A stretch of DNA of 63,574 nucleotides, filler included, from Jimgerdemannia flammicorona (Eukaryota): assembly GCA_003990765.1 (NCBI GenBank). It is 3 parts of 3 records of this genome, joined end to end, with 100 filler letters (N's around TTAATTAATTAA, not from the genome) between each part and the next. Parts side by side here need not be neighbours in the genome. Positions count along the whole stretch, not along the records: positions 42,455 to 63,574 come from RBNJ01001526.1; 2 more parts are not named here. The stretch is one strand, 5' to 3'. This document shows positions 50,722 to 63,574 of this stretch, piece after piece. Under the pieces are notes generated by a model. That model was not told the DNA's origin. It ran no database searches and worked only from the letters and a program-made list of their open reading frames with translations. Positions within the stretch are counted from its first letter, which is position 1, and each line of letters begins with the position of its first letter. The position numbers and the translations under genes are program-made.

Positions 50722-53678
50722 AGGTACATTAGTACCCTTGGTCAGATCATTGAGAAGTGGAGGTATGTGGCAGATTCCAAGCAGCAGGCTATAGAGGAGG
50801 GCACTGGCACCTCAATGTGACTCTACTCAGGAGGAAGAAGAAAAGAGATCAGTTTGTGGATATTATGCAACAGAAAGTAACACATTGACAGAATGATGGG
50901 CAGTTAATAGCAGAATAGTGGGGTAAATTCAAACATTTGGCTGGTGCTTACTGGTAGGATGTTGGTGAAATAGCTGGAAAGGAGTAGAAGGACAAGGAAA
51001 GGAGGGTAGAGAAGAGACTGAGATAGTGATTAAATCTAATGGAAAGGGGGAATCTGTCTAGAAATATGTACTACTAGCTAGCAGTGGAGGTGGTAGAGCT
51101 GTAGGCTGAATTGAGAGTAGCTGAGGATAGGGCAGTAGATGGCCTGCTTGCCAGGCTATGGGTGAGGTGGTTGGAGGAAGATGAGAGGCCAACTAAATAC
51201 CTATCTGGAATTTTGAAGACCAGAAGAGTGCAATATAGCTGAGCCTCAGTTTTATATAAAGATGAAATGGAGATCTCTGAGATTACTGATATATTGAGAG
51301 AGGTCTCAGGACAATGGCAGGCTCTCTGGCAGGATAGAGGAGAGCATGCAGAGGATGTGGTGCTTAGAGAGGATGCTGATAATATGGTGAACAATTGGTC
51401 AGTAGTAGTAATACCTGAGATAGGCGAGATAGTGATAGGGGAAGTGTCTTTAGATGAAGTTCTGGAGATATTGCAGAAGACACAGACTGGTTCATCACCT
51501 GGGGAGGATGGGCTACTCTGGGAATTCTGGAAGGAGTTCAAGGCTGAGTTTGGTGGCTGGTTAGTAGAAATGGCCAACTTTGTTCTAAAGGAGAGCAGCT
51601 AGATTGGCAATGGCTTCTTGGGATTAGTTTCCCTCCTATATAAGAAAAAGGGTAATTGACAGGTGTGGTGAAATTGGCAACCTATTATGCTGCTAAATGT
51701 GGATAGAAAGCTGGTCTCAAAGATTCTAGCAGGGAGAATGTAGCAGTATATAGATATGCTGGTTAGTGAAGAGCAGTGAGGCTTTATTAAAGAGAGGCAG
51801 ATCAGAAATAGTATAGCTTAGGTGCAGAATGTCTTAGAAGGCTGTAGGAGCTAGCAGGTGGATGGTAGGATGGTTTTCCTGGATCAAGAGAAGGCCTATG
51901 ACAGAGTGAGGTGGATTTACTTAGAGGCCATTCTGAGGAAGGTTGGATTTGGAGTAGCAGAAGTAGAGAGATTGATGGGTTTAGTATAGGAATGCAGAGT
52001 GGCAGTTATGATGAATGGATGGCATGGCCTGGAGTTTGCTTTGAGGTGTAGAGTGCCACAGGGGGACCCTCTCTCCTCCCTCCTTTATATACTCTCTCTG
52101 GAGCCATTGCTGGTATGATTGAAGGAGCAGCTTTCTAGACTGCAAATGGGTGATGTGGTCTGGAAGCTAGGTGCTTTCACAGATAATATGGTGGTTGGGT
52201 TGGATAGTATGGAGGATGTGGACCTCTTGCAGGAAGAAGTTGGACAGTATGAGAGACTAGCAGGGGTGAAGCTGAATTGGGGCAAGTGTGAGACAATGGA
52301 ACTTGATGCTGGTCTGGGGGAACATGGACAATTTGGACAATTGGTGGCTCCTGGAAGTACTATTCAGTATCTGAGTATTTGGTTCTCAGTATATAGGACA
52401 GTCCTACCAAAGGAGTAATGGAGTGGCATAGTTCAGAAGTTGGAAGGTGCTTTGACTGATTGGTCTGAGAGGAGTTTCTTCTTGATAGGCAGGATTGTAG
52501 TCTTGAATATATATTGGCTGCCAAAATTATAGTATCTAGGGTATCACCTGAACTTTCCAGGGTGGGTAGTACAGTGGCTGAAGAAAATTGCGAAAGGCTG
52601 GTTATGGTATTAGAAGTGGCTACAAGTTGGGTGAGATGCATTGATGATGCAGATAACTGATGGCAACCTGGGGTTGGTGGACTTCAGGCAATGGCTGAAG
52701 GTACTTAGAGGTTAGTGGGGGTGCTGATTGGCTGAACTAGATGAAGGGGGCTGGGGCAGGCTGGTGATGGACAATTGGGAGATTCAGCTCTACCCCCATG
52801 GTGAGGTTTGGAAGGATATGCAGGGTTTGCTTCAGGTTAGGAATGTCAGTTGACTATGGTATAGGAGATTCTGGTGGGATATAGTAGAGGCCTGGCTGGC
52901 CATGAGATTGGCAGAGCCAGAGATGGGGGTTGGTGAGGATCCTGAGCAGAGATGGTGGCAATTGAGAGACCTCTGTATTGGTGGTCATAGTCTGAAGGAG
53001 TACTCATTGATTGAGATGATGGAGTGGATCAGGTCTGGCCCCCTGGAGAGATGACTGGTAGATTGGCAGAAGGCAGGATTGGGTAAAGGCTGGGAGTGGG
53101 GCTGAATCTGGGGTTGGGGAGCTGCCTTGTTTAAGGTAGTATCCCCTAAGTACTGAGTTATATAGTGGCACTTTATGAGAAGAAATGTGATGTTGGGGTA
53201 TCAGACAGGATGGATGGAGATAGATGGCTGTAGAGACTACAAATAGTATAGTGAGGTAGATAATAGGGTGGTTCAGTCACTGGAGCATGTTCTGGTAGCC
53301 TGCCCTGGTGTAGAAGAGTTCTGGCAGTATTTGGAAGATTACTGGTGCCCTGCTGGTAGAAGGACAGGAGATCCTATCAGTCTGGTGGTCAAGTGCCAGC
53401 TGGTGGGGGAGATAGGAGATATCTGGGATAGCTTTGGTCGAGTTCTGGGGGTCTAAGTTCTGATGGCAGTATATTGGAGATAGGTGTTTGAATAAGACCC
53501 ATGATTAGAGATTGGTGAGCTAGTAGAGCAGTGAAAGTGGCTTCTTTAAGAGATAGTATAAGGGTGGTGGTATCAGGAGAGGCAGCTTCAACCAGGGGCC
53601 TTGTAGAAGGTGTAGGACATTATCCAGCAGAGTAGAGGACACCTGGTACTAGATGAGCATGGGGTCAGGTGGAAGGAA

Positions 53679-54110
53679 TAGTACTCCCAATGAATCAAAT
53701 TGAATCAAATTAGACTCAAATTCGATTTGATTTGAAAACTTCAAATTGAATTGAGGCCTAATTTGATTTGAATCAATTCAAATTGAGGTCTAATTTGATT
53801 CGAGATCTGATTTGAACTCTATTTTTAGAAATTAAATAACTCAATAAATATACATCCAAATTCAATAATCTTTAGCTTGTTAGATTCCTCTTATATAGGG
53901 GAATCTAACAAGCTAAAGATTATTGAATTTGAATATATATTTATTGAGTTATTACATTTCTAAAAATAGGTTTCAAATCAGACCCTCAATTCAATTCAAA
54001 TTTGATTTGATTCGAACTCAATTTGAATTGAAAAATCCCCAATTCGATTTAATTTGAATGACCCTCAATTCAATTCAATTTGAATTGATTTGATTTGTTT
54101 GGGAGCACTA
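53679..54110. mobile_element. hAT-like fold-back MITE, copy 2
   Basis: TIR TAGTACTCCCAA / TTGGGAGCACTA, perfect 8-bp TSD GGAAGGAA, pentamer subterminal repeats and a long central palindrome. Confidence 0.9.
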
Positions 54111-54222
54111 GGAAGGAAGATATTGGATAAGTAATCCTACCTATATATAATATGTTATAGTAGTAGTTTGTGATTAATTTTCATTGTAATAAGTATTTTA
54201 GATAGTCCAAATAAAGGAGTCC

Positions 54223-56358
54223 ACTCCATCTACAATCTAACCAACCTATTAGAGGCTCACCTTATCCTTCTCCTCCTCTTACCTCTAGTATTTCTACCAG
54301 CTCTCTCTCAGTAAACTCATGATACTTCTTCAACTTTATCCACTGGATACCTACTGGTATACCCTCATATATCCAACAAGCAATCATCTCCTATATATCC
54401 TCTATTCAATAGTCCTACAGTTCTTTCTCAGCCAGCAGAGAGAAGTTAAGGCATCAATGTCTGGGTCTATCTCCACTCTCCCCAAACTGCCCCTATCTTA
54501 ACAGACCTCAATAATCTGACCATAGGTACCACTCTACCTCTAAGATCCTCCAAACATCTACCTCCCAGCAATCAGCTGTCAGGATCCAGTGAATTCTTGT
54601 ACCCAAATCATTTATCCAGTATCTATAGATCCTCCTTTCTCTCTATGATGTTCTACCCATATCCCCTAAGGAGCAAAGATTCTCCACCTCCTTCCATGCA
54701 TCCAGTCCATCACTCCTCCCCCCAGTATACCTCTCACCATCTGTTCTATCCACCTGAGGATTTTGAACTATATTGAAGTCCCCACCCATCACATCAACTC
54801 TATCCTCCAAAAGAGCACCTCTTCTCTAAAAGATTCTTGATCAAAACAATCTGCTCATCCTGATCAACAGAGCAGTAACAAGAGCCCACCCTCACTGATT
54901 TCTATCCAGGTTGATTCCATTCTCTCCATACCAACCAGTCTCTCTAATTTCTGATTCAATTCAAAGCTCCTTTACCTCTTCTCATCAGAATTATCACTAT
55001 GCCAATCCAAGCTACAGCATCACCCCATTTCTTAGTTCACTCTTCTTGATCTAGATCATCTTTACATTGCACATCCTGTAATAGAAAGAGATTAGCCTCC
55101 AAACTCTTAAGCTAAGTAAAAATGTTCTTGTGCCTCTCAGAGCCCTGTAGCCTATTCATATTGAGAGAAAAAATATTGGTTGTACTGTTCATTGAGAATA
55201 ATGTTTTTGAAAAAAGTCTCTATACTCTCTCTACTACTTCATCTCTATTCTCTCCTGTGCTAAGTCCAAGTTATATTTCTCAGCCCACTCCTCCTCCTCA
55301 ACTCTCCTTGCCTTCAATCCCTCCAGAAACTTATTCAGGTCTCTCTCTTCCTTTTCCTCAAAATCTACACAATACTTCTAGCATACATTCTGCTAGAGCT
55401 ATAGTCTATATTGTTCTACCCAGTAGTAGGCTGCTTGCTCACTAGCCACTACAGCCAGCTCAGCCCTTCTCTCCTCATCAATCTCATACACTTTCTTCTT
55501 TAAAAAAACTGCAAGTACTTCTGCCTTCAGTGCCTCCACCACCCCATCACTATACAGAACTCTTGCCTATTGCTCATCACTCATAACTCTCAGATCCACT
55601 TCTTCCAACTCCTCAGCCACAAAGTTATTTATCATCTAGCACATCCAAAGTAAGTTCCCCACCTCCTTTCCCCCCAGGTGTTGCTGGCCATCTCCCATTC
55701 AGCATCATTATGTCAGCCCCTATACTTGCAGTCTCATCCCTCCCTTTCTCTAGAATATCTAACAGTTTCTCCTCACTTATTGCCACCACCTGTCCCCCCT
55801 TGCTCCATCTCAGAAACTCTAAATCACACTCACTGGGCCAAGTATTGGTATATCTACTGTCTCCTATCCCTTTACAGCAGGACCCCTCTTGATAAGTGGG
55901 ATAGAGAAATCCTCTCAGACTTCTTCTCAGACTTCAAACATGCCATCCTTGTATGGGTTCATGCTCAGTGCCTTCCCAGTTTCTGCTAGGCCCACCTCCA
56001 CCCCCCCACTACCTTTACCAGTCCAGACACTTATCTTTACTCTCTCAGTATCCTTACCACTACCAGCAGACTTCTCTGTCTCACCCCCCAGCTTTGTCAG
56101 CAGCTCCCTCTGCTGCTTATACCCCTGGGACCTCTCCAACATCTTCTTGTCAACCCAAATACACTTCTCATCAACAATCTCCAAGTGTGTTATCTCTATA
56201 TATACTTTCCAAGCCTTCACCCTCCTCTCTCTAGTACTACTCTGCTCCTCCAATACCTTCAGCAGATCCTTCTCCTCCTCCTTCTCCTCCCTCCCCTTTA
56301 CCCTTGATAGCTTACAGATAAAGACTCTCCACAATATGACCAAAGGCCAGTCACTCAT
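54223..56358 (-). mobile_element. LINE family A internal fragment (ORF1 3' half and EN)
   Basis: DWPLVILW..KAWKVY ORF1 motifs and an MNSTTNIFSLN ORF2 start near 55192. Confidence 0.85.
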
Positions 56359-56359
56359 T

Positions 56360-59300
56360 ATAATAACTCTTACTTCTATCTCTCTCTTATCCTTTGGATA
56401 CTTAGGGAAGTAAGACTATTACTTAGAGACTTAATATACAATATATACAAAGAGGCTTTCAGTTGAGGAAGCACTTACTTAAAAGTAGTTATAGCAGTAG
56501 TACCTTATCTTTTAAAGGTCTTTCTGGTTTGTTCTATCTTTCAAGAGTCTTGTTTTTTACTGTACACAGACTGAATTTACCTTAGAATTCAGATTTAATG
56601 AATTTTCTTAAGTCTTTGGGAGTTTATATACTAGTCTCAGTTCTGGCAGAAGTTAGCTAGACTTCTGGAGTTTAGTCAGAAATACTAGAGTTACTTAGAT
56701 ATCATTACTAAGACTTAGGAGAATGTGTGTATATAGGGGGAGACTTGATTTTTATATTAAGGACTGAACTAAAACTGATTTATTTTAAAGGATACATATT
56801 TATACAAGTTGGTTCATGATTTCTGACTAAGTATAAGTGACTAATTTGGTAACTATAGAGAGGTTTGTGATTATGACCTTTGTCAGATAGTTTGTAACAA
56901 AAATAATTTTATAATTAGGATCTCAATTACTAGGTAATAATCAGCTACTATGGTAATAGTTACTGTAGCTGTTATTGTAGCACTGATTGTTGGGGGTAAG
57001 CTGAATATTATTTTTTATACCATTTCACATTGTTCATTATGTTTATCATTTATAATATTATATGTTATGCTCAATTATATGATGTCATTGCTCACTGGGT
57101 CATGTAATCACTCATCTCATTATATCTCATCTATTTGCTAATTCATTTTATTACATTCTTTTCTCTTTAGAAATCAATATTCTTATTGATTTAGAAACTA
57201 AGAACCAGGAGAGAAAAAGGTGGGAAATCTTTCTTGGTATTATTGTCATCTTTTCCTATAGCCAAAGGGATGGTTGCTGATAGCTTAGTATCTAGGATAG
57301 AGAAATCAATAAGGTCTGCAAATGGCTCTTGAACAGATATGAGTACTGGCATAAGGGTTCTCTATCTAATACAGTTGGGACCATCCAAGTAGGGCTCTTG
57401 ATTCTTATGCCTAGAAATATCTATTCAGATGGGTGATCCTTCAAAGAGATCAGAGAGTCCTTGGAGTCATTGGTCTGGGTTGTTATTTAGGAGAGAGCTC
57501 TAGTAGGGTTTGCAGTTAGTAGACTTGAGAGTAATCCAGAAGCTGGCTTCTTGGGCTATCTTAATTTCTAACTCATCAACTTTAGGGAAAGAGAGGTTCT
57601 GAAAGTCCTTCAGTTGTATATAGTTGAGGTTGGGAATTATAAAGGATGTATGGTATATAATTTGATGGACCTTCTTAGCTAGTCTTTACTTGTGCCTATT
57701 CAGGTAGATTCAGTCTGAGACCTGATCAGTGGGTAGGTCTTTAGCATGTTGAAGAAGTTGATGGCCAATTTCATATTTATACCAGATCTCTAGATAGCTG
57801 GTAGCAAGGTAGATCCTTTCAATAAGTTCACAGTAGTCAAGAACATACTGTCTTAGATTCTGACTGGAGAGGTTAAGGGCCTCAGAGTGACAGTTCTTTC
57901 CTTAGATAGCAACCTGGATATATCCAAAGAGGCAGTTAATCTGGCTTGGGAGAGGCTGGCTATGATGGGCAGTTTGGTAGCAGATAGCAGATATTCTTAT
58001 CTTATCTTTACTTTATAGAGAGAGGAGAATAAGAGTTGTAATATATTCTTGTCTTGGGTATTTATACTTATTCATCTGTCTGGTGTGACTATAATTTGGT
58101 CATACTTTCCAGCAGAATGTGTGATCTGCTGCTATAAGTAGAGCATATACTGGTCATTTGAGGAAATCTTAATTTTAGAGATATCACTACTTGTAGTTGT
58201 AGTTATACAGAATTGACAGATCTTATTCTTCTTTTTTTTTATCTGGTTGGTGTATTTGTGAGGACTGGCCATCCTTGTCTAGGGCAAGGGCTCCCATTGT
58301 CACAGCTGGAGATTCAAATCTCTCAGAAATAGTATTTCTTGTAATCTGAGGCAATTTTTAATAACAATATCTGTTATGTAGATAGGCTTAGATTGGTTTT
58401 AACATTGTTGGCTTTCTTAAGTTCTAAATGAAGCATCTGTCATATTTAATAGAGATGATACAGATAGTATAAAAAAGAGTTGTTCAAATGTATTTTGCTA
58501 TACTGTACTGGATTATTCCTCACTTGAGGCTTTTTCTTGGTAGTTAGTTATAGTATCTATTTTTCTGCAATGTTTAGTATTGTATATTCCAGGTAAAAAT
58601 ATATGATGTCTTCATATCATTACTGTATGCTCTAAGCTTTAGAGTTATAGTTCCTTTCTTTACTAAGGAGTAAGTATATCTATATAGTCCTGAAGGGCTT
58701 TACATGTATTCTTCAGAGCTTCTTCTTTTTTCCAGATAGTATTATGAGTGGGGTAACCTTTCTACTTGATGAGAAAAAACTGCTTGACCATTTTGGGATA
58801 TTTGTGGACCTTGTGGTCAAGTACTTCCTCAATTTTGAATTCCTTATAATTATTGATCCTAATTGGGGGTGGTGGTGGAACTGTATACTTAGAAAAAGGT
58901 TTTTCATAGTAGTCTACTAGCTGGCTGATATGGAAGACTGGGTGTATTTGAATATTATAGAGAAGTTGTAACTTGTAGTTACTTTGCTGACTTTTTTTAC
59001 AATTTTATATAGTCCAATACTTCAAGCATAAAGTTTCTTGGCTAGTTACTATACTAGGATATCTGGGTGAAGATGATCTATTTTAAGCATAACTATGTTA
59101 CCAATATTGTAAGAGAATTCCCTTTACTTCAAGTTCACATACTTGGTCTGGTAGTCCTGTGTCTCTATAAGAGCATCTCTTACCATTCGAGTAAGGTTAG
59201 AAATGGTCTCAGCCAGATCTTGGACTACTAGGACTACTGATTTCACAGTGGTACTCAGGGTCCTTGGGTGTTGGCCATAGTTCAAGAAGAATGAGGTCTT

Positions 59301-62300
59301 CTTTGTAGAGGTTTGCTGGCTATTGTTATAGGCAAACTTAGTATGGGCTAAATACTTGTCCCAATTATTCTGCTTATAATAGTAGAAGATGCTGAGTATT
59401 TACTTGAGAGTTCTATCAGTTCACTCAGTTTAACTATCAGTCTGGGGGTGGTAGGTAGTAGAGAACTTCAGTTTGGTTCTGTGGAGAGAGAAGAATGTCT
59501 TCCAGAAGTTACTTATAAACTTTGTATCCCAGTCAGACCCAATGGTGCTAGATATGCTATATAATCTAAATACTTGATTGAGGAAAATCTCAGCAATCTC
59601 AGATACTGTTACAGTGGTCTTAATGGGTACAAAATGGGCTTGTTTGCTAAGATGGTCCACAAATACTATAATGGTATCTCATCCTGCTTTGGTCTTAGAG
59701 AGCTGGACAATAAAGTCTATTGAAATCTGATCTCAGTTATGACTCAGGATAGGCAGAGGTTGCAGGAGTCCTGCTAGTAGCTTGTTACTACTTTTGAACC
59801 TTTAGTATATCTTGTATGAGACCATAAAGTTTTTAACATCCTTGATCATCTTTACCAGTAGAAGTCTCTTGAGAGGAGATTGTAGGTCTTTTCAAAACCA
59901 AAATGTCCTGCTACAGGAGTGTCATGGAGTTTCTCTATGATCTTGAGTCATAGAGTATCATTATTGAGTACAACTACTCTGTTATAGTCTCTATAGATAA
60001 GTCCATCATGGTAAGTGAATCTCTTGGACATTTTCTTCATGGGTTCTGAGACTTCAGCCTCTGAGTTTTGGCAAAATTGAAGGAAATTCACTAGAGGGCT
60101 GTCTTGTTGGTAGCTATTCTTGATTATCTGAGTAAGGTCTCTAATTATCTTGACTATAAAGATAAGTTCATCTTCCATATATCTAGAGAAATCATCAGTC
60201 ACACAGTTGGTTTTGTCTGGGATATACTCAATTTCCATACTTAATTTCCATATCAAAGTTAATAATAATTTCCATCTAGCAGGCTTGTCTGTAGGTTAGT
60301 ATGAGCTATATATAGATATATCACAGAGTATGGTGATCAGTATAGGCTATAAATGGTTGTCTTAGAAGGAAGTAGTACTATTCCTAGAGTAAGTAATAAT
60401 GGCTAGGAGTTTCTTCTCATAAATAGTATACTGGGTCTCAGCTGACTTAAGCTTTTGAGAAAGGTAGACCACTGGGCAATCCTTCTGGCTGAGTACTGCC
60501 CCAATAGTGATATTAGAGGTATCTGTGGTCAGGGTGAATGGTCTGGTAGGGTCTGGTGTAATTAGTACTGGAACCTTGGTAAGGAGTCTCTTGAGGTAGT
60601 CTATAGTCTGAATATACTCAGGAGTCTATTCTATCTTAATGTTTACTCCTTTGTAAACCAGACTAGTCAGTGATACTGCAATAGTAGAGTATTCTTAGAT
60701 AAACCTTTAGTAGTAACTAGCAATATCCAGGAAGTATTGGAGTAACTTGAGAGTAGTGGAAATGAGAATATTCTTGAGGGCTAATACTTTTTGAGAGTCT
60801 ATATTGATATCTTCAGTCGAGATAATATGTTCTAGATACTCAATCTAGTTTTAATAAAACTTCAACTTACTTATCTTAGTATAGAGCTAGTGTTCTCACA
60901 GAAGAGTCAGTACCTATCTGAGATAAATATAGTGTAACTCTACTGTTTTACTATAGATTAGTATATTATCAATATATACAAGAATATAAATGTTGAAGAG
61001 TGGTCTAAAAATGGCATTTATCAGATACTAGAATATTACTAATATATTGGTCAAACCAAAAGGTATGACTCAGAACTGATAGTATCCAAACTATATTTGG
61101 AAAGCTGTTTTTTCAATATTCTTCTCATTAATGAGAATCTGGTAGTAGATATTTTAGGGAAAAGATCTTGGCCTTGAAGATTTGGTGTAATAACTTATCA
61201 ATCCTGGATAAAGTATACTGGTTCTTGATAGTAATCTTGTTGAGAGCTCTATAGTCTATATATTTACAGAGAGCTATCCTTCTTCTTGATAAATAGAATA
61301 GGGGCTCCAAATAGAGAGCAGCTAGATTCAATATATCTCTAGGCCAGTAGTTTAGTCAACTTATTCTTGAGAGTCTTGAGTTCAGATTGGGTCAGCTGAT
61401 AGATACTCTTGTGATCCTGGATTAAGATTAATTCCATATTGGATTTAGTACTTAGGTGGAAGTCTCTTGGAGTCCTGAAATATATCTTGGAATTCCTCAA
61501 ATAGTTCTTAAGCTTCTGTTAGGATTGGGCTACTTGGGACTTTGGTAACTTCTTGTATAGTACAGATAAAGTATATATTTTCTTTTTTTTGAGAGAGTCT
61601 CTTCATTTAGATGGTTGAGATGATTTTGATTTCTTAATAGTTAGTATCTTTCTGGGGTGTCATGATCTTTCTGCCTTCATGGATCAGGTTAACCTCATTG
61701 GTCCTCTAATTAATATCTGGATTATATTGGGTCAACCAGACTTTTTCTAGGATAATGTCTTATCCTGGGAGATCTACTATACTGAAGTCTAACTTCTCTT
61801 GATATTTGTCAATCTTGGGCAAAAGATCTTTGCAGATCTTAGTCAATGGTGTAGTCTTACTATCACTAAAGATAACACTCCTTTTCTCAGTAGTTGGTCT
61901 GCTTTGGGCTTCTATTCTCTTAGTAGTCTTGGTACTGATATAATTTCTAGTAGTACTACTATTAAGCAAGATATTAACCTTCTATCTATAGACTTGGCCT
62001 GTGAACTTGATACAACTGTCCTCCTTTTTGATAGTGTTGAGTTCTTCATTTTCATTGTTGTCCCAATTGCTATCAGTCTTCTCAAAGTCAGTTTCTTTCT
62101 ATTCTTTACAAGAAGAATTATTTTGTTTAGGCTCCTCAGTTTATAGGACTTAGCACTTTTTAGATTAGATTTTGAAAACTTTGGAGAGATATATATGATA
62201 TTTACCAATATGTTCTATACAGTATATTTAAATAAAATGAATATTGTCTATATGATACATAACTATCTATAATTCTCTTATATCAGTTTTCATTATCTTC

Positions 62301-63128
62301 CTTTATAGTGGTGACCTTTTGACTGAAATATTTATTAGTTGATCCAAACTCTTTCTTGCTATGATCTGTCTGGGAGAATTCAGAGACTTTTTCAATAGTA
62401 AGATCTTGATAGATTTCTTCAATAATTGCCTGAGCAATTCTTTGGCTTACTTTGACTTCAAATAATGTGTCTCCAAAATTTCACAAGATGATACTGATTT
62501 CACTAGTAAATCCTTGGTCAACTACTCTTCCTCCTAGCCCAATGTTGAACTCTTTGGCTAGGCTGCTTTACTCAGTAAGACAGATGTATATATCTTTAGA
62601 GGCTTGTATTACTATCTCTATTCATACTGTAACATTGATATTTGGTAAAATAGTAAGATCTTGGCTACTATAGAGGTCATATCCTGTATCTGTAGGGTGA
62701 GCTTTAGTGGGGATGGTAGCCTTGTATCATATCTTCTGTACTTTGATAATATTCTCAGAGTTCTTCTTTCCTAAACCTTCTCTAATGATAGTAATGTTCT
62801 GATTACTAAATTCACCTGATCTATTTCTTTTCTCAGGACATTTGACTGAGATGTGTCCTGCCTTTCTGCAGATGAAGTACAATCCTTTTTCATGGAGCTG
62901 CTTCTTTTCATCCTCAGTGGGAGGTCTGGGTCCTCTGGGGTTTTACTGGTTCTTTTGATCATTTTGTTGATCATTTCTTCTAGTGGGATTCCTTCTATCT
63001 TGGTTATCCTTCTTGTATTCTGGATTTTGTGGGGCCTGTGTGGCAAGAATTTTATGGGCTCTTTGTTGTACTTGGGCAAAGCACCATGAGTAGTGGGGAC
63101 ATCCTTGGGGGAGATAATCTTCTGGTGT
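56360..63128 (-). mobile_element. Degenerate Ty3/Gypsy chromovirus (gag, protease, RT, RNase H, integrase, chromodomain, extra 3' region). LTRs not securely resolved.
   Basis: IDYRALNKITIKNQY (RT), TTDTSNITIGAVLSQ (RNase H), DHLSKQAHF..SDWD..STTYHPQTD (integrase) and IEEVLDHK..FLIK*KGYP..W (chromodomain, about 58715-58840). Confidence 0.85.
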
Positions 63129-63224
63129 AATAGAACGAACGAATGAGACGCGATGAGACAAGCGATCACGTGGTCATCATACGATTGAGTGCGACATATG
63201 ATATGGGGGCGTGCTGTAACAAAA

Positions 63225-63250
63225 CCAGACAAAGTGAACATTTGACGTCA
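63225..63250 (+). repeat. 26-bp near-identical copy of 45176-45201, containing TGACGTCA
   Basis: CCAGACAAAGTGAACATTTGACGTCA versus CCAGACAAAGTGAACATGTGACGTCA (25/26). Confidence 0.8.
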
Positions 63251-63574
63251 ATCAGATATCATGCTTAAGGACTTTTCGCTTTGTCCGTTACCTTTTAATT
63301 ATTCAACACCATACTCTCTGTTTTCGTAATTCTCTACATTTCTTTCTAATCTGATCTTTTGCTTTTCTCAAGTTCTGACATGATAAGTGTCCTATTTTGA
63401 ACACTTTCATTGAATTTATAATCCGGCATCATATAGGGAGGAAGATTCTTTCTTGAGCTTGAGAAATTAAGGATGAAGATACCAAGATCGGAATAATTGT
63501 TTCGAATCCATTCTCAACGAAATTCCCCTTCTCTAAACACCCAGGTTTTGGAATTGGTCTTGAGCAATAAAAAC

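Larger units (their letters stand above)
49030..54222 (+). mobile_element. Second, divergent L1/Tx1-like LINE (family B) ORF2, with two nested insertions
   Basis: MNSLHILSININGL, GDFN, SPGEDGL, DQEKAYD, PQGDPLS, AFTDN (FADD-like) and SLEHVLVACP. 3' end AATAAAGGAGTCC. Confidence 0.85.

Noticed and set aside
56360..56900. Candidate Gypsy 3' LTR (TATAATAAC as mutated TGTAA...)
   Set aside because: No second LTR copy, PPT or TSD visible in the window, so not annotated separately.

Overview
Eukaryotic scaffold. It is probably an early-diverging fungus (Mucoromycota-like); this is inferred from short spliceosomal introns, a TKL-type kinase and a Mucoromycota-type REase-like gene. Most of the window is transposon DNA: stacked, mostly co-oriented L1/Tx1-like non-LTR retrotransposons (two families), a decayed chromodomain Ty3/Gypsy element, two copies of a fold-back hAT-like MITE and a tiny TA-flanked MITE. 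The repeats show graded C-to-T/G-to-A decay (CpG first, then CpA), which looks RIP-like. CpG-rich unique islands carry an intact SPT2 gene, an OMA1-like M48 protease with an in-frame TAG at codon 47, a disrupted kinase-repeat-LRR locus, an intronless frameshifted PL6 lyase (bacterial-type) and a decayed REase-like gene. The most unusual element is about 138 nt long, TTAA-bounded and sits in an intron of that last gene (45597-45734). It folds into a symmetric multi-hairpin with four identical G-UCGAGU-C loops. Two N gaps contain an artificial TTAATTAATTAA linker. All calls were made by eye, and boundaries of decayed elements are approximate.
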